Notes: generated from the letters alone by a model not told the origin. 64,000 nucleotides of DNA from Octopus bimaculoides (GCF_001194135.2 NC_068987.1:81159635-81223634); one strand, 5' to 3'; shown: positions 12,431 to 25,309, counted from the first letter of the stretch. Numbers and translations: made by a program.

Positions 12431-12537
12431 ACATATATACTCATGCCCTATTTATTTTAGTAGTGGAAAAGGATGCTACATTTCAACATCTGTTAAATTA
12501 TGGAATCAGTGACCAATTTCCTTATATAATTATAACT
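12431..12537 (+). CDS. SPO11: SPO11 internal exon, start of TOPRIM domain ((N)IYTHALFILVVEKDATFQHLLNYGISDQFPYIIIT)
   Basis: Conserved VEKDATFQ motif with the catalytic Glu; GTAAGT donor at 12538; frame continuous with flanking exons. The 5' boundary is inferred from alignment to human (N)LVTDAKFVLIVEK. Confidence 0.92.
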
Positions 12538-12909
12538 GTAAGTACTTAAAAAAACTGAATAATGTAAATTTTAACTGTGAAATCTCAATAAATCCTGTAG
12601 AACTGTAAGTTAAATCAACTAACAAGGCAATGTTATACACGGTATCAAATGAACTGAATTCTTGATTAGTGTAGATTAGTAGTTTATGAATTTAGGATTA
12701 CAAAAATGAAAGCAAAAAATTATTCATCAATGATAGGATAAGTGAAATTTTGAAGATGCTTTAATGAAGACTAGAATCCACACTGCATTAGCATGAAAAG
12801 TGGATAAAAAATTATGATAGTAGTGATGATGCTGATGATAACAATGATAATGATGACCAAGGTTTGACTTGTCAAAATTAGTCTGGTTGTTCAGTTGACA
12901 ATATCTTAA

Positions 12910-13105
12910 CCCTTTTGATACCAACCCAGCTGAAACTGCCTCTGGCTCTGTAGTACAAATGTCCTGTTCTTAAAATTTGTCACCATTTATGTTCCTAACA
13001 CTAGCTTAATGATAACTAAGTTATTGTACTAAATTCTTTATTATATTTAAAATTAATTGAAAAAAAAACACAGAGCATCTCAACGGAAATATGGTAACAA
13101 AAGGG
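12910..13105. mobile_element. piggyBac-type MITE
   Basis: TTAA on both sides (12906-12909, 13106-13109); TIR CCCTTTTGATACCA vs revcomp CCCTTTTGTTACCA (13/14); second copy at 63680-63902. Confidence 0.85.
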
Positions 13106-13585
13106 TTAAAGAAGGCAGTATGGTCCAGGTACAAGAAAGGCAGAATCTAGATTATGGAGAACTAAGGAAACCATTTGCAGCTTGAGGATGGTAGTGTATG
13201 TTGCTTCCAGTAGAGGTATGGAAGATGCCATAGGCTTTTAGTTAATCCACTATGATTTAACTGGCTGGGATTGGACCTAAGAAGGACAGCAAAATAGTAA
13301 CTTATGGATGGACAGCTGATTCTTTTCAAAAACTGCTGCAATGGAAATATCTATATCTGTTCATCTGTATGAGGTATACAACAATTTCATGACCAAGGAT
13401 CAAAACCTTAAGTCCACTAATTGTGGACTTCAAATTCATTTGTTTAACCTGTCAAATTTGACACCATCTTTGGTTAAACAGAGGTAAATCTAGGTAAGTC
13501 CATTCAACTCTAATTTCAGTGACCTTGTTTGGTTTTAACACAAGTATATATTCATGATATCTGTAAAAACAGCCAGTTATGTATG

Positions 13586-13825
13586 GGTACAGGCATGGCT
13601 GTATGGTAAAAAATTTGGTTCTTAGCCACATAGATCTGGGTTCAGTCTCACCGTACGGTACCTTTCAGTTTTTGTCTACCAAATCCGAGTGGGTATGATG
13701 GACAGAAATTGAAATAAGTCTATTGTGTGTATATGTGTATGTCTTTGTGTACGTGTTTGTTTCCCACACCTCACTGCTTGACAACCAGTGTTGGTGTGTT
13801 TATGTCCCAGTAGTTTAGCACTTCT
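13586..13825 (+). mobile_element. tRNA-derived CORE-type SINE, partial
   Basis: Head CAGGCATGGCTGTATGGTAA...GGGTTCAGTC and GT-microsatellite body shared with the 41240-41585 and 46777-47145 copies. Confidence 0.7.
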
Positions 13826-14734
13826 GGATGGAGAGAGAAATACAGGGGAGCCTCAAGGGGGAGAGGTTGTGGTAGATATGTGAGGGCATTGAGGATTATA
13901 GCAGAATAGTGAGGTGTCAATGACAGAGAACAACACAAATGAGAGAAGGCATAGAAAGAAGGTGATAAGTGGAGAAAATAATGAGAAATGGAAGTGGTTT
14001 AGGATGGGAAAGAGAGGTAACTGAAAAAGTTGAGTGATGTAGTATGTGCCTATTCTGCTCTCAGGTGATAGGGAAATGATGGTGTTAGGGGTTGAATTGT
14101 AGTGGAGAAATGGTTGATGAGGCAGAGACGATGATGGCGGGGGAGGGACAGAGCTCCTCATAGACATGCATTACCAAGATGGTTTTAGAATATTGTATTA
14201 ATTCTGCTGTGGTGGATGAGTCTATTCCTGTTTGTGTGTGTGTGTGAGTGTGAGTGTGTGTGTGTGTGTGTGTGCGCGTGTGCATGTGTGTGTGTGTGTG
14301 TGTACACACATTACTTTGCTTTGGGCTCTCAAACTAATAGTAGTCTTGTCTTGGACTTCTTCTGCACCTAATGTCTCTTGATCTGCCCATAGCTAATTTC
14401 TCATACAAAGAACAAACAGAAAGAAAGAGTGACAGTAAGAGAGGAATTGTCCCTAATATATGACCAGTACTTTATCAACACAAACATAGAGACTACTACA
14501 AAGTAATCTACCAGATTTTCTAGATTCAAGCATAAATGATAGTTATAAGTTACAAGAGGACCGAATGAAAAAGGTACTCAGTATTATCATGTATGTATGT
14601 ACAAAATGCTTATATGTGACCAAAAGGATAGAGCAAAGAGGGAAAGCAGTGTGATCTAGGAGAAAGTAATGACAGAAGAAGAGTTAGAATGTGTGTGTAA
14701 AGAAGCAAGAGTATATAAATATATATATATATAT

Positions 14735-15610
14735 ATCATCATCATCATCATAATCATCATCATCATAATCCTCATCATTTAATGTCCGTTGTCCATGCTG
14801 GTATGGGTTGAATGGTTTGAACAGAGCTGGGGAGCTGCACCAAGCTCCAGTCTGATTTGGCATGGTTTCTACGACTGGATGCCTTTCCTACTGCCAACCA
14901 CTTTACAGAGTGTGCTGGGTGTTTTCACATGGCACCACATTAGCGCTTTTATGTGGCACTGGCATGTGTGGATTTTATGGGCTTTGGCACAGAATTCTTG
15001 CCAACCAATCCTCTTCACCAGGGAGAGCAGCCTTAACACTTCTGTTGTGGAATATGGGTCTTCTTGAGTATAGCAAGGTGCCAAGTATCTCAGTCCTTTG
15101 TCATCTTGTCTGAAAGGTTCAGTATCCCAAGATCATCCTTCAGTACTTTTTTCCATGTCTTCCTAAGTCTCCCTCTTCCATGGGTTCCATCTACTTCAAG
15201 AGATCGGCACTTCTTTATGAAGCTGTTGGCATCCATCCACATCACATGACCAAACCATCACAGTCTTCTATCTTGCACGCTGCATCTAATTCCTCTTATG
15301 TCTAACTTCTCTCTCAACGTACACTTACATTACACATCCAGTGGAGCATACTAGCCTCATTTCTCTTTAATCTTTGCATGTCCTCTACAGTCAGGGCCTA
15401 CATCTTCCTACCATGTAGAATTGCTGTCAGTTTACATGTATCATACAATCTTCTTTTCATTCAGAGGAGGGAGAAAGCTTTCATAGCCAACAAAGACAAA
15501 AGCTCTCTGAATTTCCTCCATATTATTCTTATTCTCACAATCACACTCTCTGTGCATCCTCCCCCACTACTAATTTGGTCCCCTAGGTAGCAGAAATTAT
15601 CTACTACCTC
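14735..15610 (-). mobile_element. RTE-clade LINE, 5'-truncated (RT C-terminus + 3' UTR + tail)
   Basis: Minus-strand translation VVDNFCYLGDQISSGGGC...WRKFRELL...WFGHVMWM...GRGRLRKTW; runs into the repeated 3' UTR and (GAT)n tail. Confidence 0.9.
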
Positions 15611-15785
15611 TAATGGGCCACCAAGGCATTTGAGAAAATGAATTTCCCAAGTCTCTAAAGATTTTTATGGATCATATGCATCTTCCAAAACAGATAATGG
15701 AGCCTGGTACAGCTCCTGGCATTGCTAGTCCCTGTCTAACTGTCCAACCCATGGAAATTAACTTCAAATGATGACAATGAGGATG

Positions 15786-15825
<40 letters not shown>

Positions 15826-17393
15826 TAGAATATTACCTGACGAAGTCATCCAAATGTTTAAAAAATGTACTTAAAAAATGGATGAAGCTGATGAGTTATA
15901 TGTGTGTGTATGTGCCTTCTTCTGTATTAAGATTTTAACTTAAACTTAGATATGGAGGAAAGACAGGTGATTATATTGACCCTGATACTTGATTAGAATT
16001 TATTTTATTGACCTGAGAAGATTAGAAGGCAAAGTCACTCTCAGTAGAATTTAAACTCAGACAGCAGAGCTTCCATTTCTATCAGTCCACTGTCTTATTG
16101 TCTTTGTGTACATACATATTAATATATGCATATACATTATTATACATAAGTGCGTATGAATGTATATATCTATAGATATAGGTACAGTTATGCAGTACTT
16201 ATGTGATCATGAAGTATAATATTGTTTATGAGACGTTTTAATTTGCCACCTTACGTACCTGATTTCAATTTTTAATGATGTCAGTTTTGTTTCCTTTTTA
16301 TTTATGTTAATTTTTTGTGAGAGAATTTGCATTATCTAAAACGAATATTATGATGCACTAAAGATCTGAGATTCTGATATTTTTATAGTTTATTGATTTC
16401 AATGTTTTCTTTAAACTAAAAAAAATGACATTAGGATATCGTGGATGCAAGTGATTCAACATTTAGGTTAAACTTTCTTTGATATGAAAATAATTTTTAA
16501 TCTATTGAATTAATTTTCCTCATACTAATATATCTAGACCATGTAAAGAGTTGTGGACCTCAGTAGCTTGTTTTGTTAATTTATTATGCTGCTTCATTAT
16601 TTTTCTGTACTTGTGTGTATTTTGTTGTGAAGGTTAGTAGGAATTCTTGTCTTCCACAGTCTCATTCTGCTTGATATATTACAAATTTTCTGCCTCTATT
16701 TCTACTTTTTCTGTTGCCAAGCAACTCAAGAAAACTATTGGAAAATTGGTCTTGTGTCTGCTCTGGCTAAATCTGGACTACCATAAAAATGCCATTTAAA
16801 AAAAAATTTCTGTATATTCTTTTCATTTTTTTGGCTCATGATTTTTAAACATTATTATAATAATTTTTGTTTAGCTTTGTAACAAAGATTGCATTGTTCT
16901 CTGTAATATTTTCTCTCATTCTTGTTAGATTTCTACTTGTCTTGGAATTTGTGTAGAACTCCAATTTGCTTCTCTTACTCATTCTTTTTCTGTTCTTCTT
17001 TTGATGTTACGTTTTTGGTCTCCTTGATAATTGAAAGGTAAGAAAGTCAGAAAGACAAACATTTGTGTTTTATATATTGAAACAAACATATTACACTAAA
17101 TTTTATATATGTTTTGTAAACAAAGGGGGAAAAGTTAATTAAAATCATGAAATAGAAGTGAAATTTTAGAGTATCAAATTTTATCAAACTACAACATGAA
17201 TTGATATCTCAGGAAATTATAATATAATGATGAAAAAGAATTTAAAAGTATTCAAAAAGTCCATTTATAATTGAAATAGTTTCTCATTGAAAAATGTAGT
17301 AAATTACTTTTAAATTACTACAGCAAAACATATTTTTATCATAAAGAGAAGGCCAGCATATGTATATATGTATAGATATAAACATGCACGTGT

Positions 17394-17431
<38 letters not shown>

Positions 17432-17902
17432 NNNNNNNNNNNNNNNNNNNNNNNNNNNNNNNNNNNNNNNNNNNNNNNNNNNNNNNNNNNNNNNNNNNNN
17501 NNNNNNNNNNNNNNNNNNNNNNNNNNNNNNNNNNNNNNNNNNNNNNNNNNNNNNNNNNNNNNNNNNNNNNNNNNNNNNNNNNNNNNNNNNNNNNNNNNNN
17601 NNNNNNNNNNNNNNNNNNNNNNNNNNNNNNNNNNNNNNNNNNNNNNNNNNNNNNNNNNNNATTAAACACAACCAATCTACTCTGTAAGATATATGCAAAA
17701 CTTGAGTTGGTTGGTTTTCTGTGTTGCTGTGTGAGCAAGTGACAACTCGTCCAACTCATGTCAGCATAGAATGATGAATGTAAAATGGAGATGGTATATG
17801 TGTGTGCATGTATATACATACATGAACTTGATACATACATATTTATATATATACATACATACATATGTATATATGTGTGTGTGTATGTGTCTGTGTGTGT
17901 AT

Positions 17903-18132
17903 GTATGCATATTCTTTTATTCTCTTACTTGTCTCAGTCATTTGTCGGTGGCCATGCTGGAGCACTGCCTTTAGTTGAGCAAATCAACCCCAGGACTTAT
18001 TCTTTGTAAGCCTAGTACGTATTCTATCAGTCTCTTTTGCTGAACCTTTAAGTTACAGGGACGTAAACACATCATCATCGGTTGTCAAACGATGTTGTGG
18101 GGGGGGGACAAACACAGACACACAAACATATG

Positions 18133-18179
<47 letters not shown>

Positions 18180-18352
18180 TTATATACGATGGGCTTCTTT
18201 CAGTTTCCATCTGCCAAATCCACTCACAAGGCTCTGGTTGGCCCAAAGCTATAGTAGAAGACACTTGCCCTGGGTGCCATGCAGTAGGATTGAACCCAGA
18301 ACAATGTATTTGGTAAGCAAGCTACTTACCACACAGCCACTCCTGCACCTAT
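17903..18352 (-). mobile_element. tRNA-derived CORE-type SINE, near full length
   Basis: Minus strand reads GCAGGAGTGGCTGTGTGGTAAGTAGCTTGCT...GGGCAAGTGTCTTCTACTATAGC (CORE-like GGGCAAGT motif), internal (GT)n, and a tail ending ACAAGTAAGAG. Confidence 0.85.
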
Positions 18353-19059
18353 GTAAATGTAAATGCAGAAATTACTTCATTTCTTTTAGTCTCAGTTTAT
18401 TTTATCCATCAAAGACAAGGCCACACCAAAAGGTTTCAGCACTGACTATTTGTTTTTTTAATGTTATCTCTGTATTCTATGATCCACAGGTTAGTTGTTA
18501 TTATGTTTGAGTATTGCAAATGGTTGGATCAACAAGTTGCAAGAGTTTTTTCTCCACCTTAGCTATCACCTTTCCCAGATGGTTTATTTGGAATAGTAGA
18601 CAACGATTAATTTAGAAATCCTTTATCAGTTTCAAGTAGAGTGAGATATTGCAAGATTTTTAACCCTTTTAGTATGCAGTTATAAAGTTATAGGCTTTCA
18701 AATACTTATCTTATGTTGTATATTTTCCTGCTCCCATTCTGATTTTTGTTATTTGTTATATGTCAATGTTTTGAGCCAGAATTTCAAAAATTTTCCATAC
18801 ATTCTCTGGAAGAATCAGAATAACATAGGATGTGATCAAGCTGGACCTTTAACTGAAATGTAAAAATCCATCTGATTGATATCCCTACAGTTTCTTCCCA
18901 CCTAATTTCATTCACAATGCTTGGATTGACCTGAAGTTATGGTAAAATAATCTTGCTCAAGATACCATGAAGAAGCATGAAATTCAGGTCCTTGTGGTTG
19001 AGAAGCAAACTTTTTAAACATTTGTCCAAGTTGCTTCCAAATATATAATTTAGACAGCT

Positions 19060-19497
19060 GCATGAAGAAATGCTAATCTCTAATTGTGAAGGGAACCTGT
19101 GGAAGGGGTAGGCTCAGGAAGACGTGAGACAACGTGGTAGAATATGACAAGGTTGTAAATACTGAGCCTCACAGCGGTGTTAGCAAGTGATTGAGACTTC
19201 TGATGATTTGCTGTGCTTGAGAAGACACATCAAGCTAAGTGAATCATGGTTGTGGCAAGTAAAAGGCACCTGTGCTGATAACTCATAAAGGCACCTGTGA
19301 CGTTGACATGTAAAAGGCACCTAGTACACTCTGTAAAGTGGTTGGCATTAGGAAGAGCATCCAGCCATAGAAACCAAGCCAAAACAGATGCCTGGAGTCT
19401 GGTGCAGCTCTCCAGCTTACCAGCTCCAGTCAAACCATCTATCTAACCCAAGCGAGTATGGAAACCAGATGTTAAAAGATGATAATGTTGACGATGA
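19060..19497 (+). mobile_element. RTE LINE 3' end
   Basis: GRGR-coding remnant (GGAAGGGGTAGGCTCAGGAAGAC) followed by the repeated 3' UTR and a degenerate GAT tail. Confidence 0.8.
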
Positions 19498-21679
19498 AAG
19501 TGTAAATTAATAGTTTTATGCTGAAAGAAAAGGAAGCAAGTAGAAATGTCTTTGATGTTTTAAAGTTTGAGCTTTTCTTCAGAAAGATAGACAGAAAGAA
19601 TGGGTGGTGGGGTACAATTACAATGATTAAGTACATTTTGTGTTACTTCATGTGCATATGTACATATGTGTGCATTTGCATACACACAATAGCATAGCTT
19701 TTACCAACATTCCAGAAAGTAGAAGCATTCTCAGCTATAGAGGTGGTTTTTGACTTAGATTATTTCCTCTGTAAAAGATATTTGCTATTGTTCCAGTTAA
19801 CATGTAAAGCTTAAGCTATTAGGAGACCAGCAGTCTTAACCTATTTAGGATAAGTGATGAGTTACAGAGGATTAACATTGGTTTCTCTGTCTGCAAATAG
19901 TCAACAGTGTGCCAATGTGTAAGATGCATATGCTGTCATGTTCTGCATCCAATTATTTGGTTGAACGAAAAATATTTCATGGGGTTATTTTTTCACTAAT
20001 ATAGCGGGTAAGGAATTTCATAGCATTATTATTTTTCTAGGTTTATATTATATTTAGGTCTCATTAACATGTGTTGATATATCCTCGTTTGGCTTGATTT
20101 CAAACATTGCTTTCATGTCATCTTTGCAGCTACTAAGAATATGTTAACTATACAATTTTATTTGTATCTAACAATGATGAGGAATAAATTAGTCTCTGAA
20201 AGAATGATGCTTTATAACTCCACTTACAACAGTATACATTTTTGAATGGCACACTACTTTTGATCACCAGCAATTTTGTCTTTGTGTATGAGGTTCTCTG
20301 ATTTCCCTAAAGACCAATCTTGCTGTTTTGCTAACCTCTTTCAGTTTGTGACGTATGAATGCCATGACTGACTTAGCAAAGACTTTGATGAATTCAAAGT
20401 GTGTGTAGCAAGTGCATATGATTTTCTAGATCGTTTGAAAGCCATCTGTATATATTTTTGGAAGGTGTAATTTAAGTGATACAGACTATTCTTTCAGTAT
20501 GTGAGATTCATCTTAGCATTGAATTGGTTTAATATTTTTAATTTCAAGTCTAGAGGTTTATAAACTGTGAAACTTGCTGGAATGACTTCTTTTATTTCTC
20601 TGTTTGTGAAGAGAATAATAGGTATGTTTAGACTTTAAAAATTATAGTCTATTTGCTGAAGAATGAAAAGGCTGTGTTACAATGCACCCATATATATGTG
20701 TGTAATGAGAAAGAGTGTAACTTTCCAAGTTATCATTCTTTAAATGTTTATTTTCGGCCCTTACATTTTGTTTGGAAAACTGAATATGAGAACCTCGTTT
20801 ATGTTTCTGTGTACACAATCAAGAAATAGTTCAGCTTTGGTGTTGTGTATTAGTTTGTAATTAGGATGCACTTAATGACCATACATAAAAAACACACTAA
20901 ACCTAGGTGTATATAAATATGTACTCATCTTCCATGCCTTTTACATATATTTTTGTGTTTCAACACTTGCTCTAAAAAATGTTCAAATTTTAAAAAAGAC
21001 AAGATAATATTCCCATGCTGGCATGAGCAGGAAAGTAGTTGAAGATCTACAAAAGAAGCATGTAAGATTTTTGTTTGATTTAAAGAGTGGATCGATATTT
21101 AATTTTGATAGATCTTTCTTTTGTCGTACTAAAGCTTTTGTCAGAAGGATATATTTTGGATGAATTTCAATTCATAAATTCTATTTTATTAACTATTCAC
21201 CATATTTTACAATGAATGTTGAATTTCAAATGTTTATTTTTTTTTCTTCTAAAACACTATCAATTGTTTCATATTAGGTAAACTTTTGTTTTCATATATG
21301 AATATGTTTGAAAACAGTCATCAAATATTTTTTGTGGCACTTGATATGTTGCTTTAAAGCAACCCTAAATTTTCAAGAAAAAAATTTAAACAATTGTTCT
21401 ATTAATCAACTCTGACAGCTATTGTAGCTACTTTCACTTTTGCTATAAATTAAACTGCAATTATATTCTTACTCAAAAAATAACTCACTACTCAATAAAG
21501 TTTTTGAACAGTTTAACATATTATCACTATTACTGGTTTAATGTCTCAGCTTAAATGATCTATATTTGGCTAATATGATTTTGAAGTAGGACCTCCATAT
21601 TTTAAAAGCAATTTTATATTGTTTTTTTTTTTTCATATGCAGTTGTCTATGCTAATATGGGTTAGATGAATACATATTG

Positions 21680-21810
21680 GCTAAGTGGTAAGGACCTTGG
21701 TTCTGAAACATGTAGTCTCAGTTTCTGTCTCACTGTGTGACACCTTAAGCAAGTGTCTTCATTAGCCTTGGACTAATGTAAGTGGATATGGTAGACCGAA
21801 ACTGAAAGAT
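21680..21810 (+). mobile_element. CORE-type SINE head, truncated by (TA)n and gap
   Basis: GTGGTAAG...CACTGTGTGACACCTTAAGCAAGTGTCTT...GGTAGACCGAAACTGAAAG matches the family. Confidence 0.65.
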
Positions 21811-21816
21811 GCCAAT

Positions 21817-21858
<42 letters not shown>

Positions 21859-22582
21859 NNNNNNNNNNNNNNNNNNNNNNNNNNNNNNNNNNNNNNNNNN
21901 NNNNNNNNNNNNNNNNNNNNNNNNNNNNNNNNNNNNNNNNNNNNNNNNNNNNNNNNNNNNNNNNNNNNNNNNNNNNNNNNNNNNNNNNNNNNNNNNNNNN
22001 NNNNNNNNNNNNNNNNNNNNNNNNNNNNNNNNNNNNNNNNNNNNNNNNNNNNNNNNNNNNNNNNNNNNNNNNNNNNNNNNNNNNNNNNNNNNNNNNNNNN
22101 NNNNNNNNNNNNNNNNNNNNNNNNNNNNNNNNNNNNNNNNNNNNNNNNNNNNNNNNNNNNNNNNNNNNNNNNNNNNNNNNNNNNNNNNNNNNNNNNNNNN
22201 NNNNNNNNNNNNNNNNNNNNNNNNNNNNNNNNNNNNNNNNNNNNNNNNNNNNNNNNNNNNNNNNNNNNNNNNNNNNNNNNNNNNNNNNNNNNNNNNNNNN
22301 NNNNNNNNNNNNNNNNNNNNNNNNNNNNNNNNNNNNNNNNNNNNNNNNNNNNNNNNNNNNNNNNNNNNNNNNNNNNNNNNNNNNNNNNNNNNNNNNNNNN
22401 NNNNNNNNNNNNNNNNNNNNNNNNNNNNNNNNNNNNNNNNNNNNNNNNNNNNNNNNNNNNNNNNNNNNNNNNNNNNNNNNNNNNNNNNNNNNNNNNNNNN
22501 NNNNNNNNNNNNNNNNNNNNNNNNNNNNNNNNNNNNNNNNNNNNNNNNNNNNNNNNNNNNNNNNNNNNNNNNNNNNNNNNTA

Positions 22583-22743
22583 TATGAAAGTCGAATCTCG
22601 TCAGAGGTAGTTTAAGATATACAAAATAGGTGTTCAGTTCTTGCATGTCAAGTATACAGCTGCAAACCGATGGTTTGCATCCATATACTCAACTCAGCAT
22701 TTTGTATATCTTAAACTACCTCTGACAAGAATCGACTTTCAAA
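22583..22743. repeat. Palindromic MITE-like element
   Basis: 42-bp inverted arms 22586-22627 and 22699-22740 (40/42 match); inner perfect hairpin TGCAAACC-gat-GGTTTGCA 22661-22679; TA on both flanks. Confidence 0.75.
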
Positions 22744-23145
22744 TAATTTTTAATTCACAGGAAACTACTAAAAAAATAAAAATCCTTTCTACTACAGGCA
22801 CAAGGGCTGGACATTTTTAGCAGGGTGAAGGTCTAGAATTGAAACAGCTGTTAGAGATGTTGTCAATTATTTTTTTATTATTGAATAATAATTTATTAAT
22901 TCTCTCTCTATTTCTTATCCTATTTAAATAAATAAATATGAATAAACCACGGTTTATATAGTTACCTTACAGTTGAATATTAATTGCAATGTTCAACATT
23001 CTTTGTATTGGTAACTAACCAGTACTTTCATTGGATTTTAGCATCCCTTAATGAGGTATGTACCCTTTATTTGAACTTATATATATATAAAACCAGTTGC
23101 ACTGTCAGAGTTTAATGTGACGGTTATGAATTATTACTCAGTAGG

Positions 23146-23200
23146 CCACACTGATGAGGCTCAGGGTTTAAATACCCAAAAGCCGAAACCTGGTTTGTGG
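23146..23200 (+). ncRNA. Minimal type I hammerhead ribozyme (Penelope-like element type)
   Basis: Stem I CCACA/TGTGG; core CTGATGA 23151-23157; stem II GGCT/AGCC with inner GGGT/ACCC hairpin; GAAA 23185-23188; near-palindromic stem III ACCTGGT; triplet GTT. Confidence 0.8.
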
Positions 23201-23510
23201 ATATCCCTAATTGCATAATATTTTTATTTTGTGCTGTTAAATGTTTTAATTCGTTCTGTTTTTCTTGCATATTGTTTTTCACTGTTATCTTGCTGTGGAA
23301 GGGTGGATAAATTTAAGACTTTAGCTCTTATTTCTAGCAGGTAGATGCTTGTTAAGCATCATTATGGTTTGTGCAAATTTATATATAATGATATTGTGTC
23401 TGCAATACACCTGTGTCACTGCTGGGGATATCATCAATTTAAAAATTCATACACATGATATGAACAGTAGTGACATCTGATTTCAAATCTCAGTGTTTGA
23501 ATGTTTTGCT

Positions 23511-23554
<44 letters not shown>

Positions 23555-24329
23555 AGGTTAGTTGAGTTAGAGGTTGGAATAACCATCTAAAGGATAAAAA
23601 TATCCGTTATATTACCAGTATAATTACCTATGTTAACCCTACAAGCATATTATGCTCACAGGTTACAGGTAATGACAAAGATAAACACGAGTTTATCAGA
23701 AATCAAAGTAAACAGAAAATGGAGAAATATTGATCATCAATTATATCATATGTAAACAAACAAGTTTGTTTTTAAACACAAATAGACTGTATCCCATCTA
23801 ACATCTGTTTCTGCTTCCAATGTTATATGGTATTGCTACTGAAAATTCTGAAAATAATATTCAACATATTTGGTAATACATCCCAAAGTGACACATAAGT
23901 AAAATGGTATGATTTAAATATATTAAGCGTTCATCTTCTCGAGGCTCTTCTTCTTTTCTTTCTTTTTCCTTTATGTATTTTTCTTCACTCTGATGAAGCT
24001 CCATATCCCTGATCAGAATATGTGGATAATAAACTGGTGGAGAAATTGTCACAATGGAGAGGTGTAAGATTTGTTAGTATGAAAGGAGATAAAAAGGAAA
24101 AAATGTTTGCAAGTGTATCAGTGCTGGAATGTCGGATGAGAGAGGTTAAAATATGTAAGGAGGGTGTTAGATACAAAAATATGATTTGCGATATAAAAGA
24201 TATGCCAAATGATATTGATAATAAGGAATTGGATAAACATTATGGAATCAACATGAACTGGATCTAGAAGGAAGTAAATGATACTAGTGAGGTGGGGTAG
24301 GTAGCTTGTTTCCATATATTGTTTCATTT

Positions 24330-24730
24330 TTCATTCATGTTTATCATAATTTTATTATTTTAATTACTATATGCCCCCACTTGTATTGTATTGTCCTTTC
24401 TGTGTGTGCCCCTTGTGGGTAAGAATCATTTTCATAAAAAAAGTTTTGATCTCTGCATGTTTCATGTTTATTCTGATGAGGGGGGTCATCGCCGTGATGC
24501 ACTTTAGTCTAAATGAACTGCAGTGGTGAGCTCCTGAAATGGCCATAGATATATGTGAATGCTGAATTTGACATACATGTGATATCTGTTTATTATGAAC
24601 TTTGGATGTACTTGTGTGAGGAGAGTGAAAGACTTTTTTCAAGATGTATGTAAATTTGACCTGTGAAAGTCTACTTACTTATGAACTTTGGACGTACTTG
24701 TGTGAGGGAAGTAAAAGACTTTTTCAAATA
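24330..24730 (+). mobile_element. Penelope-like terminal fragment with decayed hammerhead and a ~50-bp tandem duplication
   Basis: CTGATGAG at 24473-24480, long stem II, GAAA at 24536-24539, defective stem III. Duplicated TTATGAACTTTGGA.GTACTTGTGTGAGG...AAAGACTTTT at ~24592 and ~24678. Confidence 0.45.
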
Positions 24731-25111
24731 TTAAAAAAAAAAATTTCTTTTTAATCTTTGAAAAATATTTTAATCATCTGATAAAATCTTTTTAGTCAGT
24801 GGACTATTTTATTTTATTTTAGTTTTATTTTCATCTTTATTTCTTTATTTATTTTATATTTGTCCATTAGGCTTTTTGGTAGTTTTGAATTTTTAGTCGT
24901 TACATTTTACTTTTGATAAGCCATTATCTATTTGTATTTTATTAGAATATATATTTTTACCTTCTGTGATTTTATGTATATGTATTATTTTTTATGTGTT
25001 TGTAGACAATAGTGTTATTTATATATGATTAAATATTTGAGGGGTGGTGGTGTATGTAAAGTTGTTGACCCAAATTTAATGTTTGTTCTCTAACTAATGC
25101 TTCTATATGTG

Positions 25112-25170
<59 letters not shown>

Positions 25171-25250
25171 ATATATATATATATGTATATACATATATAA
25201 TATATATATGTGTCTGTGTGTATATATATATATATATGTGTGTGTGTATT

Positions 25251-25307
<57 letters not shown>

Positions 25308-25309
<2 letters not shown>

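Noticed and set aside
15832-15896. CTGACGAAGTCATCCA...TGGATGA possible hammerhead
   Set aside because: No GAAA, stem III or cleavage triplet follows.
22586-22610. CTGACGAG on the minus strand of the palindrome arm
   Set aside because: No downstream GAAA or stems; explained as part of a TIR.
23983-24060. CTGATGAAGCTCC...GGAGAAATTGTC hammerhead-like remnant
   Set aside because: The stem II/GAAA junction is deleted and stems I and III do not form; at most a dead relic.
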